Shown here: in pieces, positions 41,558 to 53,054 of the stretch | How positions within the stretch are numbered: position 1 is the first letter of the stretch | Layout: every line of letters begins with the position of its first letter | DNA from: Eledone cirrhosa | Lineage: Eukaryota | Length of the DNA stretch: 64,000 nucleotides | Assembly (NCBI GenBank): GCA_964016885.1 | Contig: OZ024742.1 | Span: 113,708,001-113,772,000 of the forward strand | Direction: 5' to 3' | Notes under the pieces: model-generated | Seen by the model: the letters and a program-made list of their open reading frames with translations, nothing else | Database searches by the model: none | Told to the model about the DNA's origin: nothing | Made by a program: the position numbers and the translations under genes

Positions 41558-42585
41558 TATACGAGGGATGAACACCGATATAAGTATACATGCGTTCCAA
41601 TTGGTCATTTGCAATTGGAACACATGTATACTTATATCGGTGTTCATCCCTCTCATATATTCAATTATATTATACGACTCGGAAAGATTCCCTTCTTTGA
41701 GATATTTAAGTGGAAAAGACTATTTTGAGTTTCTAACTCAATATATGATATTCTCGGCTCCTGATGTAGAGCTAATATTAGTCTCATAAACCCGGCTGCT
41801 ATTTGTAGCGGCATAAGTATGTGACGCGCTAGGCGCTGCGACATGTGCTTTTATATCAGCATATCGTTCCGTCTTCTTAGACCGTTTGAAGTGAAAGGTA
41901 CGAATTTCCTGGATACCGGCAGAAAAGCACAGGAATTGTATATTTCACTTAATCATTCTTGCTAAACAGATTTAGATCTCTCCGGGTATGAAAAGGCTGT
42001 TGCCCGATATAGGTCTGTTATTTTTATTGATTTGCTACCAGTGGTATCCGGCGTTGCACGGGATAAGGTATTTTGGAACGCCGGTCGCCAACAGACCTAA
42101 TCATGGAAAAACAGCATGCGTGGACAATATGTAAAGATATTAAACCGAATACTCTGATGGCTCGATGAAGGAGGGAAAATGCAGATTTCCACCTAATGCG
42201 GGCCCTAGGGGATCAAGAAAATGAATTTGTTTATGTACATTATATGCCGTGAAATTTCGGGAGAATTGGCTAGACGTAACGTAAAAGGGCCCTAAAATGC
42301 TAAAAAAATGAAGTTTGTCACCTAATGCGGGCCCTAGGCCTTAAAAAAGTTAAATTCTCATTGCCCAAGTTATGAAGAAGTGACTGATTAATACATAGTT
42401 ACAATTTCAAGGAAATCAGTCTGAAGTAACGACTAAAAAAACCCATAAAAACCTGAAAAAACGCAGTTTTTCACCTAATGCAGACCCAAGGAGATCAACA
42501 AGTTGAATTGTGTATGTGCGTAACACTCCCTGAATCATACGTAATACACATGTACAGTTTGAAAAAAGTCGGTTAGGCATTCAAA

Positions 42586-42649
<64 letters not shown>

Positions 42650-43170
42650 GACATCCTCAGGGAAGTGACGTAATGCAGACATCAGACATACACACAGATA
42701 TTATAAGGGCGCGACGTTATATGTATGTATCTATCAAAAAAGAGAAAGACTAATAATTATATAGAGAGATCGATAAATCGCCAAATGCGGTCCCTGGGGC
42801 ATTGAACATTTGAAATTGATTTTGCTCAGAACATTCCCTGAAACATAAGTATTACATGTGTAAAGATTGAAAAGAGTCGGTTGGGTGGTTCTCGAGTTTT
42901 AGGGATTCAAACTCACACACACACAGATATACATCCTCAGTTTTATATATATAGATTACTTTAAATCGAGAAAGGCAAACCATATTGTTTTAAATTAGTA
43001 TTTGTTCAACCTAGCTAACTTGGTCATTTGCAATTGGAGCACATGTATACTTGTATCTGTGTTCATCCCTCTCATATATTCAATTATGTTAGACGGATCG
43101 GAAAGATTCCCTTCTTTGAGCTATTTAATTGTAAAATACTATTTTGAGTTTCTAACTCAATCTATGGTAT
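41554..43170 (+). mobile_element. PLE-like remnant: fold-back pLTR, GIY-YIG-like remnant with inserted Helitron, second pLTR copy
   Basis: Palindrome 41554-41661; ~145-bp direct repeat 41600-41745 vs 43020-43165; weak FYI and LAKQI motifs between them. Confidence 0.5.
42038..42955 (-). mobile_element. Non-autonomous Helitron-like element
   Basis: Minus strand A|TCtatatatataaaac...cccgtgcaacgccggataccaCTGG|T (TC...CTRR between A and T); three internal cacctaatgc repeats. Confidence 0.82.
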
Positions 43171-43176
43171 ATCTCT

Positions 43177-43232
<56 letters not shown>

Positions 43233-43320
43233 CACACACACACAAACACACACATACGCACACACAAACAACACACGCACACACACACACACTCACATAC
43301 ACACACATATATATATTTTC

Positions 43321-44243
43321 TAGGGCGGGTAAAATTCCAGAGATCCATGGACGAGTTCTCTCCAGCGGTCTCTGTCCCTCATTATCGCTGACATGTCCTG
43401 CATTCTACAACAGACCAGAGTCTGTCCTTAGGGCATCAACATACGTTAACCTTGGTCTTCCCTTTCCAGTGTGTCCATGTAGGGGGTCCCACAGGAGCAC
43501 TGAGTGCAATGTCAACTCTGGATGCCGGTGAGCATGTCCAGCTAACCTCAATCTCCTCTGTGTCACTTGTGAGGTGCCTTTTGGGAGGCTGCCATACAGC
43601 TCTGAGTTTTTCATCCTCAGTGTATACTGATTAATGTTCAGAGCCATCCTCAGCATTCTTGTGTAGCACCCATCCACCATCTGAGTGAGTTTCTTGGTCA
43701 GTGTCCAAGTCTCAGACTCGTACAGCAGCACATACTCCACTACAGCAATGAAATGAAGAGGCGGGTTTTCAGGTCTTTACGAAGGTGCAACTTCCACACC
43801 GATTTCAAGCTGTGGCACTCCGCCCAGGCCTTGCTCTTCCTCTCAACTACATCAGCTTCCGTATACCCAATATTTGTTCCAAATACAGGAAGTCCTCAAC
43901 CAATTCTAGCTGATGATGCTGAGGAGGATATTAGTAGGAGCGAGAGCAAAGTGCCTTCCTGGTTTTCATTGATTTAGGAAGGCCTTTGATTCTGTGGACC
44001 GTCACTGCCTGATGAATATCTTACAGGCTTATGTAATCCCCAAGAAGATAGTGGACCTTATATCACTGCTCTACATCAACACCAAAGCCCAATTCATTAC
44101 ACCTGATGGGATGACAGAGTTCTTTGAGATACTGGTTGGAGTGCTCCAGGGAGATACATTGGCTCCCTAACTTGTTTATGATCGTAGTGGACAATTGCAC
44201 GCGCCTTGCACTGGAGAAACACCAGGACTCTGGCTTGACAGTA

Positions 44244-44248
<5 letters not shown>
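43321..44248 (-). mobile_element. RTE-clade LINE (second family) with 5' inversion: 3' part on minus 43321-43973, RT core on plus ~43962-44248
   Basis: Minus: VLLYESETWTLT, CYTRMLRMALNI, RRLRLAGH. Plus: KAFDSVDR..GVLQGDTLAP..LFMIVVD. Confidence 0.85.
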
Positions 44249-44334
<86 letters not shown>

Positions 44335-44335
<1 letters not shown>

Positions 44336-44527
44336 CGAATTAAATGTGGTAAAGAATAAGATGAACCATAACGCACCAAAGTACTCAATACTTAGGGTAG
44401 TAGAGTGGTTAATAGGAACAAGTATGACACCGGCGGCAGAGCTCAAGTCGTTTCGACGCCTGATTCTGGACTGAATTAGCCTTCGAAACTGCTTGATCTC
44501 TGCCGTCGGGGTCATACTTGTTCCTAT
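44335..44527. repeat. Half-hammerhead palindrome element in (TA)n; palindrome 44412-44527
   Basis: ataggaacaagtatgacaccggcggcagagctcaagtcgtttcga...tcGAAACtgcttgatctctgccGTCggggtcatacttgttcctat; same family at 48657-48846 and 63930-64000. Confidence 0.88.
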
Positions 44528-44528
44528 A

Positions 44529-44561
<33 letters not shown>

Positions 44562-44648
44562 GTAAAAGTTCTATTTAAATTGTTGGGATACAACTATCAA
44601 ATATTTTTATAACTGATATAAATCACTCAACAAATATTTGGAGTAAAA

Positions 44649-44959
44649 ATACGATATTAACAAATGGAAACTATATTTATAAAACAATATTTATTTCATT
44701 ATACATATTTCAAGGACACCAAGTTAAATTATGGTGTGTTTTCATCAGATAAAATACAATATAGATCAGTTTTATTAATAAATATTTGTAAATGCTATCC
44801 GGGAGCTTCCAATAGTATGTCAATATTTACTTATAAAACTGATCTATATTGTATTTTACCTGATGAAAGCACACCATAATTTAACTTGGTCTCCTTGAAA
44901 TATGTATAATGAAATAAATATGGTTTTATAAATATAGTTTCCATTTGTTAATATCGTAT
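44649..44959. repeat. ~310-bp palindrome with one hammerhead-like motif per arm
   Basis: Near-perfect arms; CTGATGA aagcacacca..tggtctcctt GAAA tatg TA at ~44859-44908 and its mirror at ~44701-44748. Confidence 0.85.
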
Positions 44960-44962
44960 ATA

Positions 44963-45070
44963 TGAGTGGTTAGAGAATTGGATTCGCAATCGTAAGGTTG
45001 TCAGTTCGATTCCTGGACCAGGCGATGCGTTATGTCCTTGAGCAAGACACTCTATTTCACGTTGCTCCTT
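44963..45070 (+). mobile_element. tRNA-derived SINE head (different family) with tgtccttgagcaagacact core
   Basis: gagtggttag A-box, agttcgattcc B-box, followed by a conserved SINE core motif. Confidence 0.7.
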
Positions 45071-45174
45071 CTACCTGGAGTTGCGACCGATAGATAGTAT
45101 TAGCAATTGGAAAGACCAACGGAAACATTGTTCCATCGGTCCGATTTGACGAAAGTCGATCTTTCCTTTTTTTG

Positions 45175-45208
<34 letters not shown>

Positions 45209-45216
45209 GGAGAGAA

Positions 45217-45251
<35 letters not shown>

Positions 45252-45288
45252 CAGCGATTCTTTGCTTAAACTTTAATCTGTTATTTTA

Positions 45289-45336
<48 letters not shown>

Positions 45337-46599
45337 TACTTCATATATATATATATAAATCGTTTGTTCATTAAATTTCTTGGAATATTTCTCTAAAGTA
45401 ACACAATATGTAACATATGCCTTTAGTTGAATATACAATTACCTGATATGCTGCAGGCATACATGTCCTACTTCTAGCGTACCCGATAAGCATATTCTCT
45501 ACCAACAACAAATTGTACCAACAAAAGATGTAACGTATTGTTGCATCTTGGATTGCATAAGGGAACCAATGAAATAATTTTGATGAATAAATGATTTATG
45601 TAATTTCAGCATCTGTTTTACTGTTATACTTACACTGAATCTCCATCGTAATTACCTCATTACGAATGTAGAATGCTTTCTCCTGCTTACAACTTTCTTT
45701 TACCAAAACAACTTCAACTGAACATACATGTACATGGGCTGTGTGTTTGTGATTTGTAGCGGACACATTCCATTTGGTCGAAACATTTGATGGAATTTTA
45801 TATAGCATGGTATGTTAATTACTAACAATAAAGAATAAGCTGGTGCTCAATATTTTAATATCATATCTATCACTTTTCAGTAATATTTTCTGTAGGATTC
45901 TCTTATTTAAATAATTTGATATTTAAATTACTATGATTATCGCCAATAAATCCAAAGGAAAGATAGCATATTTGGCACCAGAAATGTTCGTGGTATTTCT
46001 AACAATGTATTGAACTGACAACCCTTCATACATATGCACTTTTAACGAATGCGGGGCCAGGTTGCAGATACACACCCATATAATATTTATAAAAAAATGT
46101 TGTAAAAATAAATATTTTTTCTTATCTAATGTCTATGGGTATTATTCATGTTTCACAGAGTAATATTTTGATAAGTAAACTAAAATATAATGTGAAGAAT
46201 GAAGACAGAAAATATTGAATTCCAATTCATCAAATGAAAATAATGAAATCAAGAGAAAATAGAAATAATTATCTATTTTCAAGAGCTTTAAGAGAAAATA
46301 TGATTATTTGGAAACGATGTACTGTGTGTTGATATGTTGATTTTTAAGTGCCTAAAAACAAAATAAAAGAAGCAAACCTATACAATGGCAACTTTTAAAA
46401 AGTTGATGTCAGGACAATACTAGTACAAGGTATGAGAAAGTGAAGGTGCAGGGATACGTGCGAAAATTTGATTCATGAATATTTTATTGCTGCAATGACC
46501 TCCGGGTCACTAATTGCAAACTTTTACAGACAGCCAAGTACCTACTGTGTAATTTTCCGAAATATAACATCACTGAACAATATTGAACTAATGGATTTC

Positions 46600-47110
46600 T
46601 CTACATGATTGATGTTTAAAACCACAAGAAAAAAATATATTACTATCTAAAATTGAAGGAAAAAAAAACAAATTGTATGGCCATACAATATAGCAGGTAG
46701 ATATTAAGGGAACTGCGGTTCCCTTTCTACTATCTGCTGACAAGACCAACTTATTAGGTTGACAGGAAGGACCTCTGAGGTTCGGCAAGCTATTCATGTG
46801 TCAAATGCAGCTTTTTGAAGTAACAATCTAAATAAATGTTGCCTCTTCGAACCGATTTTGGTCAGTAGCAAAATAAAATACTAAAAGTAGAAAGTAGTAT
46901 TTTCTCTTACTTGACAGAAGGTATATTACCAGTCAGTAGTAGATAGGAGATATCTCTTGATGTTAAAATGACTTTCAGGATCACAATTATTTTCTAGCTG
47001 CTTTATTCTTAAAAATAAAGCAGAGACCCCTAGGAATCGTTTTTCTTTCAGGAAAGAAAATTCCGGCATTGTAATATTAGCAATGTCTTTTTCCATTAGA
47101 ATAAACATTT
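46600..47110 (-). mobile_element. Very degenerate LINE RT remnant
   Basis: Traces resembling RPISLL, Q.GF and KAFD motifs in broken frames. Confidence 0.25.
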
Positions 47111-47942
47111 ACATTTAATTTAATACAATTTGCTTTGTAAGATAAATCACTTTAACTATGCAGTTCGGTTACTTTATAGCTGTACTTATGAGAAACGTCA
47201 GCAATTCTGGTTTCCATCTTTCTGGCTCTAAGCTTTCTAATTTTCCATAAAAGTTAAAGACAATTACACGTGCGAAATAGAGAGATAATCTATTGAACTG
47301 TCCAGTTTTATTAAGAAATACTGACTCCTAGAAGTTTTATACTTTTTTTCCTATTATTTCTCTACATAGCATTTTCTCCATTATAACAAGACGGTAAAAG
47401 AGATAAATATATATTGACTGAATAAGTGTGGTTTCAGAACCTTTGTAGCAAACTATTCTAGACCGATTCATCTAAATACATTATATCACATCTTATTATG
47501 TAACATTAGAGAAACATTCTTTTAATATGCCATATGGTGTCCTTTGTTGGTGCAGTTATCCAACCCTGGGTAAGATTTGATCAAGGAAATACTCTTCTCT
47601 TTCCCAATTATCGCGTGGTCCTGGGGGCAGAGTCCCCTAACACCCCTTCCAGTCAGTCCTGTGTTATACAACCATCTTATTAGACGTTTAGCCCTAGCAC
47701 CCCTGCCGGTTACCTTCGCCATTAAAGTATGTCCAGCTATTCTTTTTTTAGACAATCCTACTAAATATCAGTAATATCGGAGATGTAATCTCTCTGTCCG
47801 GGGAAGCGGTAGATTTAACTTGAGTGGCCCTCTAATCTTCGAGCTACGCACTCTATCGTGTAACGTTACACCTGAGACATTACTCATTGAGGGGATACAC
47901 ATCTCTAACCGTGTTCCAGTGATATTCTTAAACATTAGATGA

Positions 47943-48640
47943 ACGATGTACCTAATATTACGTTACAAAATATATTCTTAAACTTGAGATTTATAGAGAA
48001 ATGTGTTTAAACTTAAAGAAGTAAGTTACATAGTCACTACTTTAAAAATTGTTTTAAAGTAGTGACTATGTAACTTATTTCTTTCTTCAGCAAAGAAAGG
48101 GAGATAAGCTGACAGACCTATGTTTCGTAGTTGGTACTCCCCAGAACGTATCACTCCCTTTTCTCATAATGTTTAGCAAACAAAGTATAAACAAATTTCT
48201 CTATAAATCTCAAGTTTAAGAAAATATTTTATAATGTAATATTAGGTACATCGTAAGGTCTTCAACATTATTTTAATTAAGCATACAGTGTATTGCAAAA
48301 TACACTATATATAAATTCATATATATATATCGGTATTTCAGAGCAACAATTCTAATTTTCAATGTTTGCTGTATCGGCAACCGCTCTGTATAATCAGTTC
48401 CTGATTATTACTGGAAATCTATAAGAACGGAACATTCATAGTTTTCAGGAAACAAAGGGACTGGTAAGCTCTGAGGAGTACCAACTGTACGAAACAGATA
48501 TATGTAAGATTTTCTCCCTTTGTTAGCTGAAAAAAGACGTAAGAGACATAGACACTACTTTAAAGCAATTGCGTTAGGTCTTCAAAATGGTTTTAATTAA
48601 GCATACAGTGTATTGCAAAACAAACTATATACACATTCAT
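47943..48640. repeat. Rearranged pLTR cluster with nested inverted and direct repeats
   Basis: Outer IR 47943-48010 / 48188-48254; inner hairpin 48015-48084; 48047-48146 is an inverted copy of 48468-48570; direct repeat 48255-48320 / 48575-48640. Confidence 0.8.
48466..48511 (+). ncRNA. Type I hammerhead ribozyme
   Basis: aagct CTGAGGA gtac caact gtac GAAACA gatata TGTA agatt; the inverted copy at ~48106-48145 ends TGTC agctt. Confidence 0.75.
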
Positions 48641-48656
48641 ATATATATATATATAT

Positions 48657-48840
48657 GAGGAAGGAATTGTGTTAAGGAAACAGATTGACCATAACGCACC
48701 AGAGTAATCAATACTTAGTGTAGTAGAGTGGGTAATAGGAAAATATATGACACCTACGGCAGAGCTCAAGCCGTTTCGATGGCTTTTTCTGGAAATAGCC
48801 GTCGAAACGGCTTGAGCTCTGCCGCCGGTGTCATAATTTT

Positions 48841-48846
<6 letters not shown>
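48657..48846. repeat. Half-hammerhead palindrome element in (TA)n; palindrome 48735-48846
   Basis: tacggcagagctcaagccgtttcgatggct..tagccgtcGAAACGGCttgagctctGCCGcc. Confidence 0.88.
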
Positions 48847-48889
<43 letters not shown>

Positions 48890-50819
48890 ATTTGTGTGCG
48901 TGTAATGTTGATATGAAGACTGGAGATTTAGTACTGAAAACCAATATAGGAATGGATGGTATTTTTCATACATATAAGTAATTATTCGTATTACTCTAAT
49001 ACTCACCAGATCATCAGAAACACATGTATAATCAATAACAGAAAGACATTATAATTGAAAAACTCGCAAGGAAGAAAAGTGCTTTATAATTGTTTAATGT
49101 ATGGAGGGTTCGTTTGTGCGAACTGTGGATGGAAATGCAGAGGATATGAGGAAGGTCAGGTATGGACCCCTCTCCACCTATACTTGAACACATTGTTTTC
49201 TCTCACATAAGGTTGTGATTTGTAACTCTTCAAATTATTTAAAGCACCAGTCCTGCAGATTATGACGTATAGCCCTCGTTTCATACAGACCTGGCTACTG
49301 AAAATGTTCTAAAATTTATTATTTTGTGAAGTGACAATAGTATTAATTCTATATTCTCTATCTTGTGTCCAATACAATTACTGAGTTTTCCTACGTTTGT
49401 AGAGTGTGGACTAACAAAAATGAACATTTTGTTCTCCTCTTTTAGCCTTGCATCTTATGGTTGGCTTATCAGTGTACAAGCTGGAGCTCTAAACTTTCAT
49501 ATTTATATGATAATTAATATTGATTCTGTCATTACCACAACCACGTCATTCTTACGCATTTCCCATTTTCCTGTTTCCGTTTAACATTTCTTAAGGGTCA
49601 AAATGTTGACAGTAGTGATGGACAAAGTTCACTGTAGCACCGTATTACAGTAAGAATATATCCTCACTATTGTCATACATCATTATCTACTGTTTCTGAA
49701 CGTTACCTTATTTACGGAAACTTTACATCCATACTGGATCTTGCTCTTTCTTTTATCAACTATTAACCACGTATAATATTTGTTAACATCACCGTATGCA
49801 CGATGTTTACAATTTACTGTTTATAATGCTTGCCACATTCGCCTATATATTTGCTAGAACCTAATGTAACCTATCACAAACTTCACATTATTTAATTTTA
49901 TATTCTCTTAATTGATACAAATACTCACTTAGACATTTAATCTATTATATTCTATTTTACCTTACATTTAATTTTTTTTTTGTTTTCGCTATCTTTTTTC
50001 ATTAAGGTCATAATATCCACCATCGCATTTTAATGTATTTTTTTCATGGGCATACTCAAAAGCATCAGTTCAGTACAGCTTAACCTAACATTATTTATAT
50101 ATTTTCAATTGATATTGATTTACCCCTTTCATTTTCTTTTCATACATTTCCATTTTCTTTTCATTATAATTATGATAATCACTATAAACACCATGAAGAC
50201 ACTAAGATGAACCTCAGTTGAGCACTCTACTGTTCGATTTCAAACAGTGTTCGGAAACATAATGATATATGTGTCATTTAATATGATATTTAGTAGATCA
50301 TAAATTAATATAATTTGTTTTTCTTTTATGCGTAATTCATCAAAGCATCTGTACAAAATGTTGCACACGTAAAATATACATTATCGATAGCTCTGTTTAA
50401 TTTTCGTTTATTTATAATCCATAAATAATTCAATCTTGTGGTCTACGTAAATAATTCATGTCATATATATTATGTAGTCGTTCAATTTCTGAATTATTTG
50501 CGTCGTAGTGTTGTTTATACCCACGTTTTCAGTGATCAAGTGATATTTCAAGATACCAATGTTACAGAAACATAGTATGTATGAGGAATATTTTGCAATT
50601 TCCGATCTCGGGCATACAGCAACAAATAATTCAAACTATAGAGGAACGAGTTATCACGAGTTATCACGTAAACATCGCATATAAAATTGCTCCAAACAGT
50701 GATGAGTTCACCATATGCTAACAGAAATATGTGTACAAGTATAATTGTCTTATCACCATAGATTGTTCTTACACGTCTAGCATATAGGGATTTCTGCTTT
50801 AGATACAATGCCAACAATT

Positions 50820-50992
50820 GTTGGGGAATGACAATTCGATGAAATCGACTCCACTGCTTTACTGGTCCTTTATCTAATCGATCCGGTAAGGATGAAAGGC
50901 AAAGCTAATATTGAACTCAGAATGTAAAGGGTTGTAAATCTATGCCGAGAAGCAGGGTATCCAACGCCTTACTAATACTGATAATCCGTCAC
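50820..50992 (-). mobile_element. Diverged tRNA-derived SINE
   Basis: tcgatccggtaaggatgaaaggcaaag..ttgaactcagaatgtaaaggg is the reverse complement of the SINE core. Confidence 0.7.
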
Positions 50993-51424
50993 CCATTTAC
51001 GTCTAAAAATAAATACAACACAACATACCGCACTAGGAACTCTGTTTGAAACCGTTCAATGTTTAGGGCTACATTATATACATTATAACCATTTTCGTGA
51101 CTGATGTAGTTTCAGAACATATAAATGGAAGAAGCAGAGCAAAGAATTAGAAATTCCTTATTCTCTCGTGTCCGACACAAAGACCTTTGGTTCAAGATTA
51201 TATCAAATTCGACAGAAGCTTGCTCCAAATGTGAATTGAAAGGGTTATGATTGTTATAATTCAATCGGATAATTGAGAATATATGCACATTTGCTCGTCG
51301 TACATTTGCTCGTCGTACAAGGACAAATTGCAGGCCGTTCGTGGAAATGCTATCATTATTGATACAATGATTGTGCCTATATCAGAAACCATTATTCATA
51401 GAATGCAACTACATGCACATTGTT

Positions 51425-51597
51425 AATTAGCAGTATGGGTAGAAGGTAGGACATGCATAGTTACGTCCCTTTACGTTCTGAGTTCAAATCCCGCCGAGGT
51501 TAACTTTGCCTTTCTTCCTTACTGGGTCGATAAAATAAAGTACCTATAATGTACTGGGTAATTGCTGGCCTTGTGCCAAAAAGTAGAAAGAATCATT
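51425..51597 (+). mobile_element. tRNA-derived SINE
   Basis: ctttacgttctgagttcaaatcccgccgaggttaactttgcctttc..gggtcgataaaataaagtacc..gctggccttgtgccaaaa. Confidence 0.88.
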
Positions 51598-52614
51598 AGT
51601 AACTATATTTCCAAATAGCACAATGCGATTGTAATTCAATTACTATTTAATGTAACCATAGAACGGGAAGTCTTTTAGTAAAATATTTACAGCTAAATAC
51701 AATAAGACATCATGTTTCTGTTTTGTTATGGGAATAGATTCTGGACGAGATACAAAATGAAATATGTGTAAGTTATTAAGGACCATTTATGCTGATGTAT
51801 GCGTGATACATTTTATGGAGGGATAGTTGCTTGCTATCAGCAGTGAATTTAGCGCTCTCTTAGAAGCATATTTGCTGGTTGGGTGACGTAAATCATGTTA
51901 TTTTTATACAAATGAATTTCACAGAGTCCGCCTTTTGTGCTGTGAAGCAAATCATGAATTCACCCGTCTAAACTTACATCAATAGACTGGGCACACAGCG
52001 AGCTATAAACAACTATGAAATTTCTTTCGATTTACAAAACAAACGTACAATAGTTGCGGCGCATATTGGATATAAAATCATGCAATGCATAGTCTTTGAA
52101 ATGACGTGATGCTCAATGCATGAATAACTTCTATATTAACAATTACGAAATGATGAACAGGTTCTGTGATTAATGTTGGATATAAAATCTTTGCAACTCC
52201 AACGAATAATCAGCGTTATGTATATACGTGGGAGTCACCAGCCATAAGCTGATACAACCGTGATATTTGCTGCATCAAAAATTCGAGTGAAGACTATATA
52301 GGACAATGGTTCACAAAATCTTATATATTAAACATAAATAATTGAATAAATAAATACGTAAGAGGATCCTACCTTAGCTTTCTATTGCTTGCATTTCTAT
52401 ATGCATACAACACTGTGAGTGCTGTAGGTACATTAACATACACACAATACATTTTTTAATGGAGAATCTCTTAAATGCGTGTAGCTTTTAAACATGCACG
52501 CTAGGAAGGTGCATTGTAAGTCCGCACGTAAGATTGAACACCGTCAAACACATTTGCTATTAACTCTACTCAACCTGATTCATTTCATTCTTTCAAATAT
52601 ATATATATATATAT

Positions 52615-53018
52615 AGGAGAAAAGAAGAACAGATCCTTCGTCAGCTGTAACATCCGCGATCCAGATGTTTCGGCGTTGAATTACAGGACATCTGTAGCGA
52701 TTGGGTGCGCAGATGGTCTTTTATTAATCAAAAAGCCAGGAGGAAAAGAAGAGAAAAGTGACAGAAAAAAAGGAGAGAAAAAGCAAGGAAAAAGAGAGAA
52801 AAGAGGAAGAAGAACAGGAGGGGTGGTGAGGATAGAGGAAGAAAGAGAAAATAGGAAAAAAGGAGCAAAGAAAAAAAGGAAAATCAGCCCGAAACATCTG
52901 GATTGTGGATTTTTACAGCAGAGGAAGGATTCTTTCTTCTGTTCTTCTCCTCTTGTTCCGTCCTAACCACCATCCTAAACCTTATTTTTAGTAATCACAC
53001 AGATCCTTTCGTTTCGTA

Positions 53019-53022
<4 letters not shown>
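52615..53022. repeat. pLTR-like element: inverted arms around a purine-rich spacer
   Basis: 52616-52672 pairs with 52890-52950; 52880-53022 recurs inverted at 56010-56155. Confidence 0.7.

Positions 53023-53051
<29 letters not shown>

Positions 53052-53054
<3 letters not shown>

Noticed and set aside
42180-42500. Three spaced cacctaatgc repeats as a CRISPR-like array
   Set aside because: Internal repeats of the Helitron-like element in eukaryotic DNA; spacers are long and irregular
45440-46080. ORF 45596-45808 as a host exon or hAT transposase (VSTKWN)
   Set aside because: Only one weak motif, flanking stops and no acceptor; cannot be assigned
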